64,000 nucleotides of DNA from the human T2T-CHM13v2.0 reference genome, Homo sapiens. The translations under genes were made by a program, and so were the position numbers. The notes beneath the pieces were generated by a model that was not told the DNA's origin, did not search any database, and was given only the letters and a program-made list of their open reading frames with translations. Positions 39,516 to 59,416 of the stretch are shown here, one piece after another; the first letter of the stretch is position 1, and every line of letters begins with the position of its first letter. The stretch lies in the NCBI RefSeq assembly GCF_009914755.1, contig NC_060926.1; one strand, 5' to 3'.

Positions 39516-41956
39516 CCTAAATCAAGATCTTGGTTCTGATTTTCAGGCTGGTATCTCTATTCCAAGATGATAGGGTGGAATGGAAGGGTGGATGGAGCAG
39601 GAGATCTAATTATGCACAATTTGTTTCTCAAATGGCTATTGAGGTGGAAGGTGACTGCTATTGACTTTCTGACCTTACTTACTAAGTAAAAATCTGGAGA
39701 ATCAGATGGGATTTTACATGATAAAAGGTATTAATTCCTAATGGAATGATTTCCATTTACCTACCCAGCACTTACTAAATCTCAAACATCACATCAGCCA
39801 TTTAGCGCACATGATTTTACTCAGTCCTCATAACAACTCTATGAGAGCGTATTGTCTCCAATTTATAGATGAGGAAACTAAGACTCAGAAAGGTTAAGGC
39901 ACGCGCCTAAAGTCACACAGCTGGGAAGTGTAAGACTCAATTCAAATCAAGATCTGCTGGGTTCCAAAGCGCTTTCACTGTTTTCAGTGGGAAGGAGCTC
40001 TGGGTGGCAGTCAGCCTTGATGCACATTCCAGGCAATGCCAGTTTTCAACTATTCATCAGCTTAGAAATGAGGTATGCTCCAAAAGTGGATGTTAAACCT
40101 GGGTGTCCGAGTCTTGCAAAAGGCTGGTGAGGTCCTCAGTATAGTTATCTATGGCACCAGCCAGGTGGTCCTTAACTTATAGATAACTCTGCTATGTGAG
40201 CAGCGCCCTGGCTGGGAGATCCTCTTGGGTCACCCTGCTGTTGACTCCTTCAGCTCAGGTGGCAGAGCCATCCCCAGACATTGACTCATCAGATCCCCTT
40301 GCCCAGTATTGCTACATCTCCTGTGCTTAGAAAGGCAGGAAACTGAACTCTGGTATTTTAGAAAGCCTCTCAACAATAACCTTGATTAAAAGGGGATTTT
40401 CCAGTTAACGCTGGAGAATTTCAGTTAACCAAAGAGTTATTGTATTCTAGTTCTCTGAAATGTAGTAATCCACATACAGTGTGTATTTATGGTAATTCTC
40501 ATTCACCAGAAAATTCAATTAAACAGGATTTCCCCACCATTTAGAATAAGCCACAGAACCACAGAATTACCAAGTTAAAAAAAAAAAGGCCTTGGGGATC
40601 ATTTAATGGGATCCTTCATTGTACAGATGAGGAAACTGAGGTCCCAGAGAAAGGATATAACTTATTGAAGATTATTTAGCTCATTACTGGTATAACCAGA
40701 ACTAGAAACTCCCAATCCAAACTGCTTTCTGCCACCTAAGAATTATTACAAAGCAGGAAATCTTTATATCCAGGGTTACCTGCAGGCTGAACTTAGCCTG
40801 CAGCAGTATTTTGTTTGGTTTGCACAGTATTTTAGAAGTTGAGAAATTTAATCTAAAATCCAAATTTGGTATTTATTTAAAAAAAAAATTGGAAACTCTG
40901 AACACACCGGGCCTGATATCCATAAAGGGGGCCTAAGTAGTAACAACTGCTCTAGACTGGGGACCTGGGGTCTAGACGCCACGTCCTGCCACTCCCTATC
41001 ATTGTGCACCTGCCTTGCCTCACCCATGTCATGACCTGCCTGGCCCCTGCAGGCATTGGAATTTGGGCTCTCTGCTTCTGGGTGAAGGGCACTCCTCGGT
41101 TAATTTAAAAGAGCTCAAGTGAGCCAGATTGAAAAATAGTGGAGACCATGAGGAATCAGAAGCACTTGTGTTAAGTGCCAGGTTGTAGCACCGGGGTCCC
41201 AGCTGGCCCTGAGCAAGCTCAGATCAGGGGCTGGGAAAGACCTCTAGGAGCTTCTCATTTGGGTAAAAAATGTGAAAAGTTAAATAACCATAGGAGGCAT
41301 GTCACTTGGCAAGATTGGAGGAATTGGCAGAGTGAATGGAACAGGCAAGATGTGCTAACGCTGCTCAAAGGGTCTATGTTCAAAGGAAGTCTCTAATGGA
41401 GGTGGGTCTTGGTTCAGATGTCAACCCATTTTAGAGGATGGAGAGACTATGGGCAGAGAAAACAGCCACGAAGCTACTGGGAACGTTGGAGCTGAGGGCT
41501 AGCAATAGATGACTACAGATGGGAAAAGGAAGGAAGAGTTGGATACCAGAGCAAGACCCCAAGGGAGGCATGCACAGGGTTTGGTGCCTACATGCAGGTA
41601 GAAGAGGAAAGGAGAAGAGTCAAAGTTGATGAAAGCTTTGTGCCTGGGTGAGAATGGTCATGTACCAAACAGAAAAGGGAAACCAGCTGGGAAAGCTGCT
41701 TTGTGGGAAGATGAGGAACTCATTTTTAGATATGTTGAGTTTGAGATGACAACAGGGCTTAAGTTTAGAGTTGTCCAATGGGCAGCTGAAATTGGGACTG
41801 GGAGTCAAGAGGTCAGAGCTGGTAACCTAGAGGAGACAACTGGAACCACCAAAAGCAATGAGGTCCCTCTCCCAGAGGCAGAAGGCCAGGAATAGGGAAC
41901 TGAGGGCAGCATGATAAACACTGGATAATAGGCACCCTTGAAAAAAAAAAACTCAG

Positions 41957-44319
<2,363 letters not shown>

Positions 44320-44499
44320 TCATCAGATTCTCAAAGGGGCCCGTGTCCAGAAAAAAAACGTGTTAAACCTCCGATATGGAAGCATCTGCAGTCCCCTGCC
44401 CGGACCGGGGACACCATGGTGCAATGTATCCCTGTCCCCGTCACTTTTTCTAAATCTTTGCCTAGAAATCCCTCGTGCTGGACTCTTTCACCCTGCACG

Positions 44500-44900
44500 G
44501 GGGAGAAGCCCTCCTCCCGGGAGCCTGTTTGGGGGGCAGGCCTGGCCGAGTGGCTCCGTGAAGACGCAGGCGCGGCCGGAGGGCGCGGGGCTCGGGCAGG
44601 ATCGCGCCGCCGGGCCGGGAGGGGGCTGCGGGCGCGCGGCGGATGTCACGGCTTACCTCAGAGCCCAAATTAGAAGGCTGAAAAAATCACAGCAGGAAAT
44701 AATGTGCTGCCTAAAATAGAAGCATCAACTGGGAGAGAGGCCGGGGAGTAGGTGGCATCTGAGGCTCCCGCCGCGTCCTCCCCAGCGGCTGCCTGACGCT
44801 GCATCGGAGGCGCGTGGGTGGCGCCCGGCCAGAGGGGCCCAGAGGCCGGGGCGGCCCGGGGCGGGAGGAGGCGAGAGCAGGGCACCCTCCCTCCGCCCCC
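44500..44900. promoter_or_regulatory. CpG island / GC-box promoter
   Basis: Dense CpG (gcgcggccgg, cgcgccgccgggccggg, gcgggcgcgcggcgg) and GC boxes (ctccgcccc ~44891) in an otherwise CpG-depleted window. Confidence 0.88.
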
Positions 44901-45410
44901 TCCCCCCTCCCCACACCCCTTCCCTCTTCCTCTCTTTCCCTCCCCTACGGCCCCCACCTCCCCCCACCCCGACCCGCTCCCCCGACACCTGGGCTGGTCC
45001 TCCCGGATCCACTCCTCTCCCACACTCCCTCACCTCCCCCCTCCCTCCCCCTGCCCACGCCCCACATACCTGGGCTCCTGCCCCTTCCACCCCTCTCTGC
45101 TCCCTCCCTGCCCCCTTCCCTTCCTCCCCTCCCCTTTATCTCACCTTCACCCCCTTTCCTCCTACACCCCTTCCGTGTCCCCACCCCCTGCCCTCAGTCC
45201 TCCTTCCTCCTCTTCCCCACATCCCACCTCTCCTTTCCCCCTCCTTGTAGGCCCTCTTTCTCCTCAGCCCCCCTCCCCCCGCCTTTAGTCTCCTACCTCC
45301 CCTACAGCCTCCTGCCCCCGCCTCCTCACAGCCCCCTACTTACCCTACTGCCTCCCTCCTGGGGCCCTTTCCTCCCCAAGGGCCCCTCTGTTTTCTCCCA
45401 TTCCAGCCCC
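44884..45410. repeat. C/T-rich low-complexity tract (G-quadruplex-competent on the minus strand)
   Basis: Dozens of CCC-CCCCCC runs with very few G on the + strand. Confidence 0.85.
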
Positions 45411-47104
45411 TGACCAGGCCCTGCTCCTCTGCTGGGGTCGGCCCCGCACAGTAAGCTGCCTGGGAGCCCTCATTGCCTTCCTGGGCAACCCGGCCAAAGG
45501 CCCCCCGAGCAGCTGCAGCCCTGGAGGTCAGCCTCACCCTGGCAGACCGCAGGGGCCCCTCCTCACCGCCGACCTCTGCACCTTCACCCGTTTGCCTGGT
45601 GTCTGAGGAAGGGCCCGCAGGAAGAGCATTCCTTTCCCAGGGTCTTCCTCAGGAGGGATGAGAGGAAGCAAAAGCTTGGTCTGCAAACGGGCTGGTCCTC
45701 CCGACGGCCACATCCGCAGGAATGACCCTCAGAGGGGCTCCCCAACTGGCTGGGAGATTCGTCCAGCTGGGCGCTCTGCTACACAGCCCCGTCAAGGGCA
45801 AACAGGCATGTACTTAAATGATAAGGGGCGGCCCTTACAGAGCGTGTATATGTGCATATTAGCTCCTTCAAGCCTCACAGCTCCGTAAGCTAGGCACTGT
45901 TATTATCCCCATATTATAGATGACAAAACTGAGACACAAAAGATGAATCAGCTTGGCAGTGTTCACAGAGCCAGCGTGTGGAAAAGCCAGAATCCAGACC
46001 CAGACCCGAACTGCAGCGTCCCGGCTCTTACCCCTAACCAGCCAGTGCCTCTCAGCTTAGTGCTCTTCCACCCGGCTTTTCTTTCTAAAAAGTGAGTTTC
46101 GTCTTTGTTGTTTGTTTGTTTTTGTTTTTTTCTGAAAGTAAGCATGAAGCATTACAGGTGCTTGGAGATTTTCAGTTTTTAAAAATCTGATATTTTTACT
46201 TCTCTGGGTGTTTCCCCTGCCAGCTGTTGCTCTCCTGAAAACCGTCTCGCTCATTTTTGCCGGTTCCCAGTGCTGTGCGTCCTCATCGCATTGGTTCGTG
46301 CTCCAGGGCCCTGCCCACGCACATATGTGCTGCACTCCTTCCCTCCTGCCTCCTGCCTCTGTGTTGCCCTGGGGCTAACAGCTTATGACTTGCCAAACAG
46401 AATCATAAGGAGAGGTGTGTGGCTGATGTGGCATCACGCAGGCTTGGAAAGGCCACTTGTTATTGGGATAAGCAGTAGGAAATAGTGGCTGAGATTGTGA
46501 GTAGGGGAGTAGAGGCCTCCACAGACTAAAAGAAATGTCAGAATAAAATAATAATATAGCTAATATTCATGAATACTTACTAAATGCAAGGCTTTGTGCT
46601 AAGTATTTTCCAGGAATTATTTCACTTAAGTGACATAATAACCCTATGACATTGATATCATCAGCATTTGACAGAAAACTCAGGGTCATGTAAGGTTTAG
46701 AGCTGAGATTCTGATGCACTTAACCAGCATGTTCACTGCAAACGAAAATTGGTGTGCTGGTTTCTGTGTTTGTCTCCAAAATGGAAATATCTTTGTCATT
46801 TGGCAAACTATAAAAGTAATAGGTGTTCATTGTGAAAGATGAAAACAACACAGAAGTATATATAGTAAAATATAGAAGTCTTTCTCTGATAAGCCCCCTC
46901 TTCATAGACTTTAATACATATGTACATTTTAAGATACCTGATATCATACCATCATATTCTTCAGTGGATATCCTGACATGGCAGGGCACACCTGATGATT
47001 ATTTCCAGAATTCTAGCGATGGAATTGGTGGGTCAGAAGGTATAAACATTTTGGTCACATGTTGAAATGGAGAAGTTATTGTTCTATTTAAAGCCATCAT
47101 ATAC

Positions 47105-48564
<1,460 letters not shown>

Positions 48565-49249
48565 TGAGTTTCTACTCCTAAGAAACGAAGCACTGAGCCT
48601 GGAATTAGATAACTTCGAAGTTATCCCAGTTTTGATATTGCAAATTTTCGTATATAATCCGGTGGCTCTGCTGCTGATTCAAAGCCAAAATTCAGTCTTC
48701 ACATTGAAAACAGATCAGACCGGAACCTGTTCTGTGACCATTAGCTTAGGCTATTCCTACATATGTCAAAGTAGCCACATTAATTGGAAGAAAAAGGAAA
48801 CAATGTTGTCTGAATCTGTGTAGATGCACCTTTAGGCTTGATGTTTCCAGTGGGAAGTAGAGGGTACCAGGCTTGGGAGTCCTGGGACCAGATGTTTACA
48901 GCAGTGATTTCTTGACCCATCCCACTATGAGGGGTTGTGTCCCTCATTCCCTCCTCTATCAGCCCGGATACTGATGGTGTGTGAGGCTCTCCCATGGCCA
49001 TGCCTTGCTCCCTCTGCAGTGACAAGGCATGGTTGGAGACTGTGTTTCCTTTGCTGGCTGGAGAGCTCTTTGAAGGCAAGGACTGGGTTTTTATTCCAGT
49101 ACCTGAACAGTGAATGAATGAATGAATGAATGAGTGAGTGTGAGCATAAAGAAAGCCTGTTACATGGGAGACTCAGTAGGATTTCACTGAACCTGTGAAG
49201 TAAGTAAGGCTAGCAATCAGAAGCATGTTGTGAGGTCACTGGTCTGTAG

Positions 49250-49290
49250 GTGTGTGTGTGTGTGTGTGTGTATGTGTGTGTTTGTGTGTG
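49250..49290. repeat. Interrupted (TG)n microsatellite, with (TGAA)n at ~49111-49131
   Basis: Read directly from the sequence. Confidence 0.9.
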
Positions 49291-49370
49291 CAGGGAAGGG
49301 GCAAGGCTGGAAGAACGCCGCTGTGCTGGCACAGCCTTCGTCAGAGCCCTGAAAGGGGCTGAGTGGGCTC

Positions 49371-50684
49371 TGACTCAGCTCTATGACTCATTCACTGTAT
49401 TGCTGTCTCCATCCTCTGGGCACATCCTCTGGACCATTTCTGCTCAGCCTCAAGTGGAGGAGGTGAGATTTGGGCCGGTACCTCCGGATGACTCACCTGG
49501 CTAAGCTGGAAGGAAGGGGCCGAAGCCCCACCATCCTGCACCCCCTTGTCACTACCCCTGTCTCCCTAGGGGTTCTCGTGCAGACACAGACTTCACAAGT
49601 AGGTTATGGCTGCTCCAGTAATGAATGACGCTCTCCATCCCAACCCAAAGCATTACCCCCCAATCACGCTTCCCGGCTCAAATGCCACAGTTTCCCCAGT
49701 CCCCTCACATGGTTGTCCCCTGTGCTTCTTGTGGGCCTCTGAGGTCAGCTGATAAGGAAGTTTACAAGGCTCTCCCAGACCATTGGTCATTTTATTCTTC
49801 TTCATCTCTTACAAACCTTTTTCAGTTTACAAAATAGTTTTACATCCCCTTTCTCATTTGATTCTCTCCCAGACCCTAGGAAGCCTGGTAGGAAGGCGAA
49901 TATCCCCATTCTTCAGGGATGGACGTTGGAGCTCCACTAATCCTTTCACTAGTAAAGGAAAGGAAGTGAAGGGCATTGAGGGGACACGGAATGTTGGGAA
50001 GGGCAGGCTGGGCAGGGACAGTGGAACAGTGGGCTGGGGGCATTTAGTGGGACAGTGGGCTGGAGAATAGGGACAGCACTGGCCAGTTGGTGACATGACA
50101 AGAAATATGTCTGTATGAGAGCAGAAGACAGATAAGGTCTTTTGACTTTATCCCAAGACCAAGAGGAAGCCATGGAAGGGTCTTATGCAGTGGAACGCCA
50201 TGGTCAGACTGGATTTTAGAAACCCACCCCTGGGTGTGATGTGGGCAGGGAACTGGGGCAGGGCAAGCTGGGGGCTGCCTCTGTTATTCAGAGAAGAGCT
50301 GGCAGAGTCCGCCTGTGGGCAGTGGTAGAGGGGGTGGGACAGGGACAGAAAGACTCCTGGGAGGGTGTCCAGTAGGCACATGAAAATAGGGGTCTGAGGC
50401 TGTTTCCCCTGAAGAAGTGGTGTATATTTATTCTACTGTAAAGGAGGACGGAGTGCTAAGTGGGTTGCCATCCACTTATAGATGTGACTGGAGCCAGGCA
50501 GTGGGTGAGATGACTCAGGGAAAAGGGAGGGTCACCAGGGATGCCAACCCTTAAGAGCCGAGCAAAGGCCAGTGCAGGCCCTGCCACAACACCCCGCGGG
50601 AAGGGCATTTGTAATGTGAAAGCACTTCGCCACCATGACCTCCTTTGATGCGGACAAGGCCCTGTGAAGGTGACAGGTGACTCA
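49371..50684. promoter_or_regulatory. Candidate AP-1 enhancer with five TGACTCA sites
   Basis: TGACTCA at 49371, 49384, 49489, 50511 and 50678. Confidence 0.55.
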
Positions 50685-50909
50685 CCTCACAGACACTCAA
50701 GGGTGAAATCTAAGGGGACTGCTGGCTTTTCCCTCTGCCGCGTTCCCTTTCCTCTTTCCACCCATGCTGGGCTGCTGGGGTCACCACCTGGCACCACCTG
50801 GAGCAGGAAGCGTCCTCTTGCGAGAGTGCCCAGAACCTCCAGTGGGGTGTGGCTGTGGGCTGTGGGAAGGGGCTGGGTCCCCCGAGCCCTTTTGGCCCTG
50901 GAGGGTCTG

Positions 50910-51105
50910 GAGGGTTTCCAGATAAAATATGAGATGTCCAGTTAAACTTGAATTTCAGATAAATTACAAATAATGTTTGGTATAAGTATATCTCAAATAT
51001 TCCATGGGACATATTTATATTTTAAAAGTACTTGATGCTTATCTGAAATTCACATCTAAGTGGCATGTCTGTCTTGTATTTTTATTTGCTAAATTTGGCA
51101 ACCCA
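50910..51105. mobile_element. MER3/MER33-like hAT-Charlie MITE
   Basis: ccagttaaacttgaatttcagataa ... ttatctgaaattcacatctaagtgg internal inverted repeat; ends tggcaaccc. Confidence 0.8.
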
Positions 51106-51670
51106 CAAGGGGTGCCTCACTACTCCTGCACACCAGGGCCTTGGGGATTTTCCTTTGTCTGAGACCACAGTGAGAAACAGCCTCTTACCCCACACTTGCC
51201 CTGGGTCCTTGTGTGGGGCTCAGGGTTGTGTGGGGAGACAAGCTCTGTCCCTGATGGCCTTCCAGCTTCTGTCTCAGCCCAGCAGACGTCTAACCTGAGT
51301 TTCTATGGCCTTCCACATGCCAATGGCTCCCCACCTGGACAGGTGAATAGCTGCTGCCTCTGATCATGTGACCCAAGAATGGAGGGGACCAGGGCTCCCC
51401 TTCTCTAGCCAGCAGCATCTGCCAGGGTGTCATGTCCAGGCCCTTTAGATAGCCCAGGAGCCTGCAGCCCTCAGTCAGCAAGAGCTTACCCAGGGCAGCC
51501 TGGGCTAAGGGGTATGGAGGAAAAGGCACCTGCTCTGCCTTGGGTCTAGGCAACGAAGGTGTGGATATTTGTTGTTTGTTCAGTGGCCTACTGTTAGGAA
51601 ACAGTAGCCCCACAGCTTTGCAGAGCCTGACAAAGGCAAGAAACTGTCACATGTCTGCCCTCATTTGTAG

Positions 51671-52308
<638 letters not shown>

Positions 52309-55300
52309 TAATCCTCACCATATTGTTGTCAGGTGAACAGGGATGGCGTTTTCAGCTGTTTCCTACCCCCTTTATGATGAGTGAACTGAGGCTGAGAGAG
52401 GTGAAGCTTTGCTCGTAGTCACATATCCTAACCCATGTGAACGTTGGGGCTTCAACCCTAGCTCAGAGAAAAGTGATCAAGGATGCTGAACTCCAAGGAG
52501 CCCGGGAGTTGTGCTCCAGATGAAGTTCCTCCACTTTCACAGTAGGGGGCGAGCCTGAAGCTTTGCTTGAAGAACTGGGATGAAAAGTCCACAGTCCTGC
52601 CCTGGCCACAGGCAAAAGACAAGGCTGGCAGCTCCCACTGTGGCGCTGGGAGAGCTTCCTCTCTCTACTCCGGCCCACACATGGAGTGGGCTGTGGAGTC
52701 CTGATGAGAACCTGCTGGGGCAGCAGGTCAGGGCGCTGCACATACTCTGGGTGGGGAGGAAACCTGCAATAACCGAGAAGGCGGCTCCAGAAGCTCAGGG
52801 ACCTCTCAGTTCCCCGGAGGGAACCAAGGCTTTAGTGCTGGGCACAGAGTGGGTCAGCCACACCAGAGTCTCTGTGAATGTTAAGCCAGACTTTGGAGAA
52901 GGGAGACACAGAGGTGGGTGTGGCAGAGACTGCAGATGTAAAGAGTTCTATGTGTTTATTCCACAAATATTTTCTGAGCATCCACTGTGTGCCAGACACT
53001 GTTGTAGACATCAGGGATACAGCAGTGAATAAAGCAAATATGTGCATACAGGTGTCTCATAGACAACTCGCTTGTGAGTCAGCTCATTTGTGAGTTGATT
53101 CTTTTGACCCCAGGCAATGTAATGCAAAATTCAGCCCCCTTAGCAGCTTCCAGAAAACGGTTTTTCCCCACCAAACATGGCAGGGCAGAGGGTTTTACTG
53201 AAGATTTACTGGGTCATAATGAGAGGCTGCAGTTGCTTCTCTTGTGCCACCCCCTCTGTGAATGTCAGGGTACATGACCCTTCTCCCAGCTCTCCTGACA
53301 TGCAGCCAAGCTGGGGGCTCACCGCCCTCCCTCCACCTCCTGCACCCAGGCTCCCTGCCTGGCTAGCCTTTCTCCAGCAGTTTTCTCACAGACATTTAGT
53401 CTTGGGAGGGGAGGCTTTTGTCCCATTCCTGTGTCACTGTTTGGCCCTGAAGGACACAGCCTCTTTCCCCAGGGCCCCTCCTTTCTGAAATGGGGATGTT
53501 GTCCCTATGCCATTCCTACTTCTCAGAATTATTCCAGGGTGAGATGAGCTCATATCTGAGAAGGGTTACACTCAGAACTCTCTAGCACCTCGGGTCATGG
53601 CAACTGGAGACAGCATCTTGCTCTGAACCAGGCCCCAGCGTCCTACAGATGGGTGACCTGGTGTCATTATGGGAGTAAATATTGAGCTGCTCTCCTTTTA
53701 TTTTGGATTGGGTATAATTTAGTACCCTGTTCTCACTCTTTTATTAATAAAATAAAACAATAAACACATACTACCATCAAAAGAACACTCACAGCCTGTG
53801 TTTATGTGTTTATGTTGTGTCTGTGTCTAAGAAGCTGCAACTGCTATGTCAATTTTTAACAAAATGAGTTTTCACTCAGTGCTGGGGGGTATGATAATTC
53901 AAAACAAAAAGGGAGGGCAGATTCTTCCACTGTGTCTTTTAGTTTTTGCTTTTTTACTCTTTTCCTTTTTCTTTCTTTTTTTTTTTCTGTTAAAACAGAG
54001 ACATTGGCCTAAGGCCTAGGCACAGAAACTAAGAGTGCCTGTGTTCACTCGGGAAAGATTCCACAGGGGAATCAGGCCCATGCCCCTCCCGTCTCCTGTT
54101 CCCAGGGGCTTTGTTTCCTGCTCTCCTCTGCCCTTTCTGAAAAGGACCCCACAGGTGATCTGAACCCCCTGAATATGGTGCCTGGGGAGAGGAATGTGGG
54201 CATGAGGAAAGTAAGGAATGAGGAGGAGAGGAGAAATAGAACAATAAGAGAGAATAATCAGCATAAACTTTGTGATCTCAGGGCCAGGGATGAGAGAAAC
54301 AATGGTCATTTATACATTTTAATCATGAGTTCAGTCTTGTGGCTGAAAGTAACAGAAACAAAATTCTAATTAGCTTGAGCCCCAAAGATGAAGGTGTTGG
54401 CTTACATAAACTACTGTGGAGACAGGGATAAAACAAATGGCTTCAAGGAGTGGACATCCTTGGGACGTCCCCTCCCCTCAGGATGTTGATTTATCCACCT
54501 GCTCTCAAGGCTGTGAGGCTCTGTGTGCCCATCCTCACAGCCCCATGGCCAGAGAGGAAAGCACTCTTTCACACCAGCTCCGGCTAGAGGACAGCAAACA
54601 GCAGCATACCAGTGTGCAGTCGTCACAGTTCAAAAATGTTACACTTTGTTCTTTTCCAGTACTGATGAAGGAATGGAAAATGGAGACCCTAATGCTGTGA
54701 TACACTATTGGAGGGAACATAAATTGTCCCAGTCCCTTTGGAGGGAAATTTGGCAGTATCTATTATAATTTGAAATGTGGTTACCATGGATCTCATGATG
54801 CCATGTCTCAAAATCCAGACCAGTAACTCTCATGTATGTGCACAAGGAAACACAGGCCAGGGTGTTATGTGAAGAATTATTTGTAATGCAAAATTAGGAA
54901 TAACATAAGTGTCCATCTTTAAACCATGATATATTTTATACTCTGAAAACCTGGAAACTATTAAAAAGAATGAAGTATGTACTGACATAAACCCCTAAGA
55001 CATCTTGGTAAATGAAAAATGTAATTTGCAGTATATAGATACAATATGGTATCACTCAAGCATAAACCAAAACCAAAACAAAACCTTGAAATAATAATAT
55101 ATATTTATATATGTTTATAACATATTTCTAAATATATGAAAATGCATAGAAAAGGTCTAGATTCACTAAATTACCTTGGTTATCTCTGGTGAAGCTAAGA
55201 TTAGGTGTTGAGATTGAAGGAGACTGTCAGGTTTAAACTTTTTCAGTGATAACGTATTCAGGTATAATTTATGTATTTAAAATTAATTTTAAAACTTTTA

Positions 55301-55681
55301 AAGGAAAAAGCTATGGAAGGAAAGGCATTCTGATTTGTTCAACCCAGACCATATGACTCTTCCTAGACCAATCACTGTGGCCAAGGGGCTCCTAGGGTTC
55401 AGTGACTGGCCCAACCTGGGTTTCACACTCATTCCTGTGAACACTGGAGCAATACACAATAATTGGCACAATAATTGGCAGCTCCTTCCATAATTACAGC
55501 TGAATTGGTGAAGGAGGATTTCCCCCAAAGAAGGGAGGTGCTGTTCTGGGCAGACAAAACAATAAGTCTTCTCGATAGTGGGCTTTATCATCTTCATGGG
55601 TTTAAGTATGTGTCATCCAAGGCTGAAATACTTCGTTCAATACAGTTCTGTTACAATATATAGGATAAAAATTTGTTCTGC

Positions 55682-57089
<1,408 letters not shown>

Positions 57090-59275
57090 GGAGGATATTA
57101 TTTTTAAAAAAATCTATTCCCCAGTGACCATGTCTCTCTACTATCCATTATGTCGTTGTTGTGGAAGCATCAGTTGAAACCCAGAGAGAGCTAATTTTTC
57201 TAAGGGAGCCCACCGTAGAGAAGGAAGAGCAGAATCCCAAGGCCTGAGCATTGGGGGTTCCCACAGCAGGGAAGGAAGGGCTTGTAAAGGGCACAGTAAA
57301 GGAAGAAGGGGTGACCCGAGGGGAAGAACAACAGGGAACTTGAGGCCAGGAAGGCCAAGGATGCAGAGGGTTCCAGGAAGTGGGCACTGGCAGTGTTAAC
57401 ACAAGTGCTATTGGATGGAGGCCTCTGGGGCTCTGGAAAGAGAATGGTTCCAGAAAACAGATGAGGCTGGAAGCCAGACTGAAAAGTGCAAAGGGGGAAA
57501 CAGCTTCCAGTTCTCCCTTGAGAAATGAGAGGAGGCATTTCCCCCATGCTTGACTTCCCCGACTGTATCTAGCCTGCTGAGGTGAGGCCTGGGGAGACTA
57601 ACTGGGAATCCCTACAGTCTCTCATCCTCCTCCCCTGTACTGGCCTCTGCCTGGGGGAAAGCTGGTCTGCCCCAGTTCTCCAGGCAGAGTGAGCTCAGTC
57701 ATCAACCCCAGGCCTGGCCCCAGCCCTTGCTACCCCTCTCCAAGGGAATGGATTCTGCTGGGTCGTGTACCCACCCCATCCCCCTACTCCTTCCAATGGG
57801 CTGAGGTCCTACCTCAAAGGGCCTGACCAGCTGAAACCATTTTTCCCAAGCTTGGCCTTCCCAGGGAACTACATGAGCTTCCTTTAGCCAGGCCTGTACC
57901 TGCCCAGGGGCCTCTGGGTCTTGGACCATGCAATTATCCTCCCTGGGTGTCTCGCCTGCCATACAGATGCCCTCAGCCTCTGTGCCTCCTCTGCTATTGA
58001 GTTCTCAGAATCCCTTTCATCTGAGCACATTTCCTTTGTAACAGAAGGGGAGAAACAGAATGGTCTTAAGACAGCGCAAACATCAAAACATTATGCTTGT
58101 GTATATGAATTTCTACATGTTTTATATTTTGGGGTTGAGACTACTATAGATACACAATTGTGCATGTGTGTGTGTGAGTGTGTGTGTGTGTATCCTAATC
58201 ATCAAATCACAAGCGTTTTCCCAGATCATAAAAAAACTGGTGAAGGCATTTTAAGGACAAGAGAGACCAGTGTAGAAACCAGTGCATATGTGTAGGCCAA
58301 GAAGAAGGTATGAGTGGACAGGAAAAGCTCAAAGGTACTAGAGGGTGACAGAGTTCAGCCAAAAGTCCAAGTGGGGGCAGCGCCTGAATGAAGGGTGTAG
58401 GGGCCCATTAGGGCTGGAGGTATCCTTGGCAGGCAGTCAGGCTGACCCCTGCTTTTACTTTCACTTCCATACCAGTTCCAGTGACCCCTGGAGACCAGGC
58501 TACATTCTTCAAGTTCGATGGATTTTCTGGTTGGAGAAGCTTGAGAATTTTAATTGCTGCAACCAAACCAATTTAGTTGCTGAACCTGGGGCTGGGTTTG
58601 GCTTAGCTGAGTCTTCTATAAAGAACAAAGGGGAATGAGAGGTGTGCACGCCTGGTAGTGACTAGAAACCCAAACCAGACAGCCCCTGGACTGAGCAGAT
58701 TCAGGTTACATTCTTAGACACCTCTCCTGTTCTCTCCAAACCCTGACCCCTTACTAGCCCTCTCGCTGTCCCACTTCACTCCCACAGCTGAGACCCTGCG
58801 CCAATATCCATCTCCGCCCTTTGCTGTGCTCATGACCCAGCATTTGATGAGTGTCATTCATTCATTCAACAAACATTGAGCCTCTACATCATTCATTCAA
58901 CAAACATTGAGGCTCTACAGTGTGCCAGAACTATGCCTCGCTGGTGTTAAAGGCATATCCTTGGCCTTCAGAAACTTCCATCAGCCCAGCACCCAGCTCA
59001 AGGGAGCCCAGAGACCACCTAAACTTTTGTCTGGATAATAGATCCCTCTGTGAACTGATGACAGTTTTGCACACCTCTGCAGAAAAATATACACATGCAC
59101 AATTGTATATTTGCATACACTTGAGGGGTGGCAGCAATCCCCTGAAGCCCATCGATGATTTAAGGATCTGTGTACCCCAAGTTACAAACACTTGATTTCA
59201 TTTAACCCTCTCATATTACAGATAAGGAAACTCAGGTCTACAGAGGGAAATGACTTGTCGAAGGTCATGCTGTGG

Positions 59276-59416
59276 GTGAGGAGCTGAGCTAGTCCTAGAA
59301 GCCAGGACCCCTGGCTCCCCAGATGCTGCTCCACCAGGCCTCCCTGTGAGGGGCTGAGCTAGCCCTAGAAGCCAGGACCCCTGGCTCCCCAGACGCTGCT
59401 CCACCAGGCCTCCCTG
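59276..59416. repeat. 70-bp tandem duplication, two copies with 3 mismatches
   Basis: 59281-59346 aligns to 59351-59416. Confidence 0.95.

Noticed and set aside
40771-40790. Minus-strand donor CAG|gtaacc as an internal lncRNA exon
   Set aside because: Sits at the end of a DNA-transposon-like fossil and I could not identify a convincing partner acceptor
59276-59416. Repeat with a CRISPR-like look
   Set aside because: Two adjacent copies with no unique spacer, in a eukaryotic context with no cas genes
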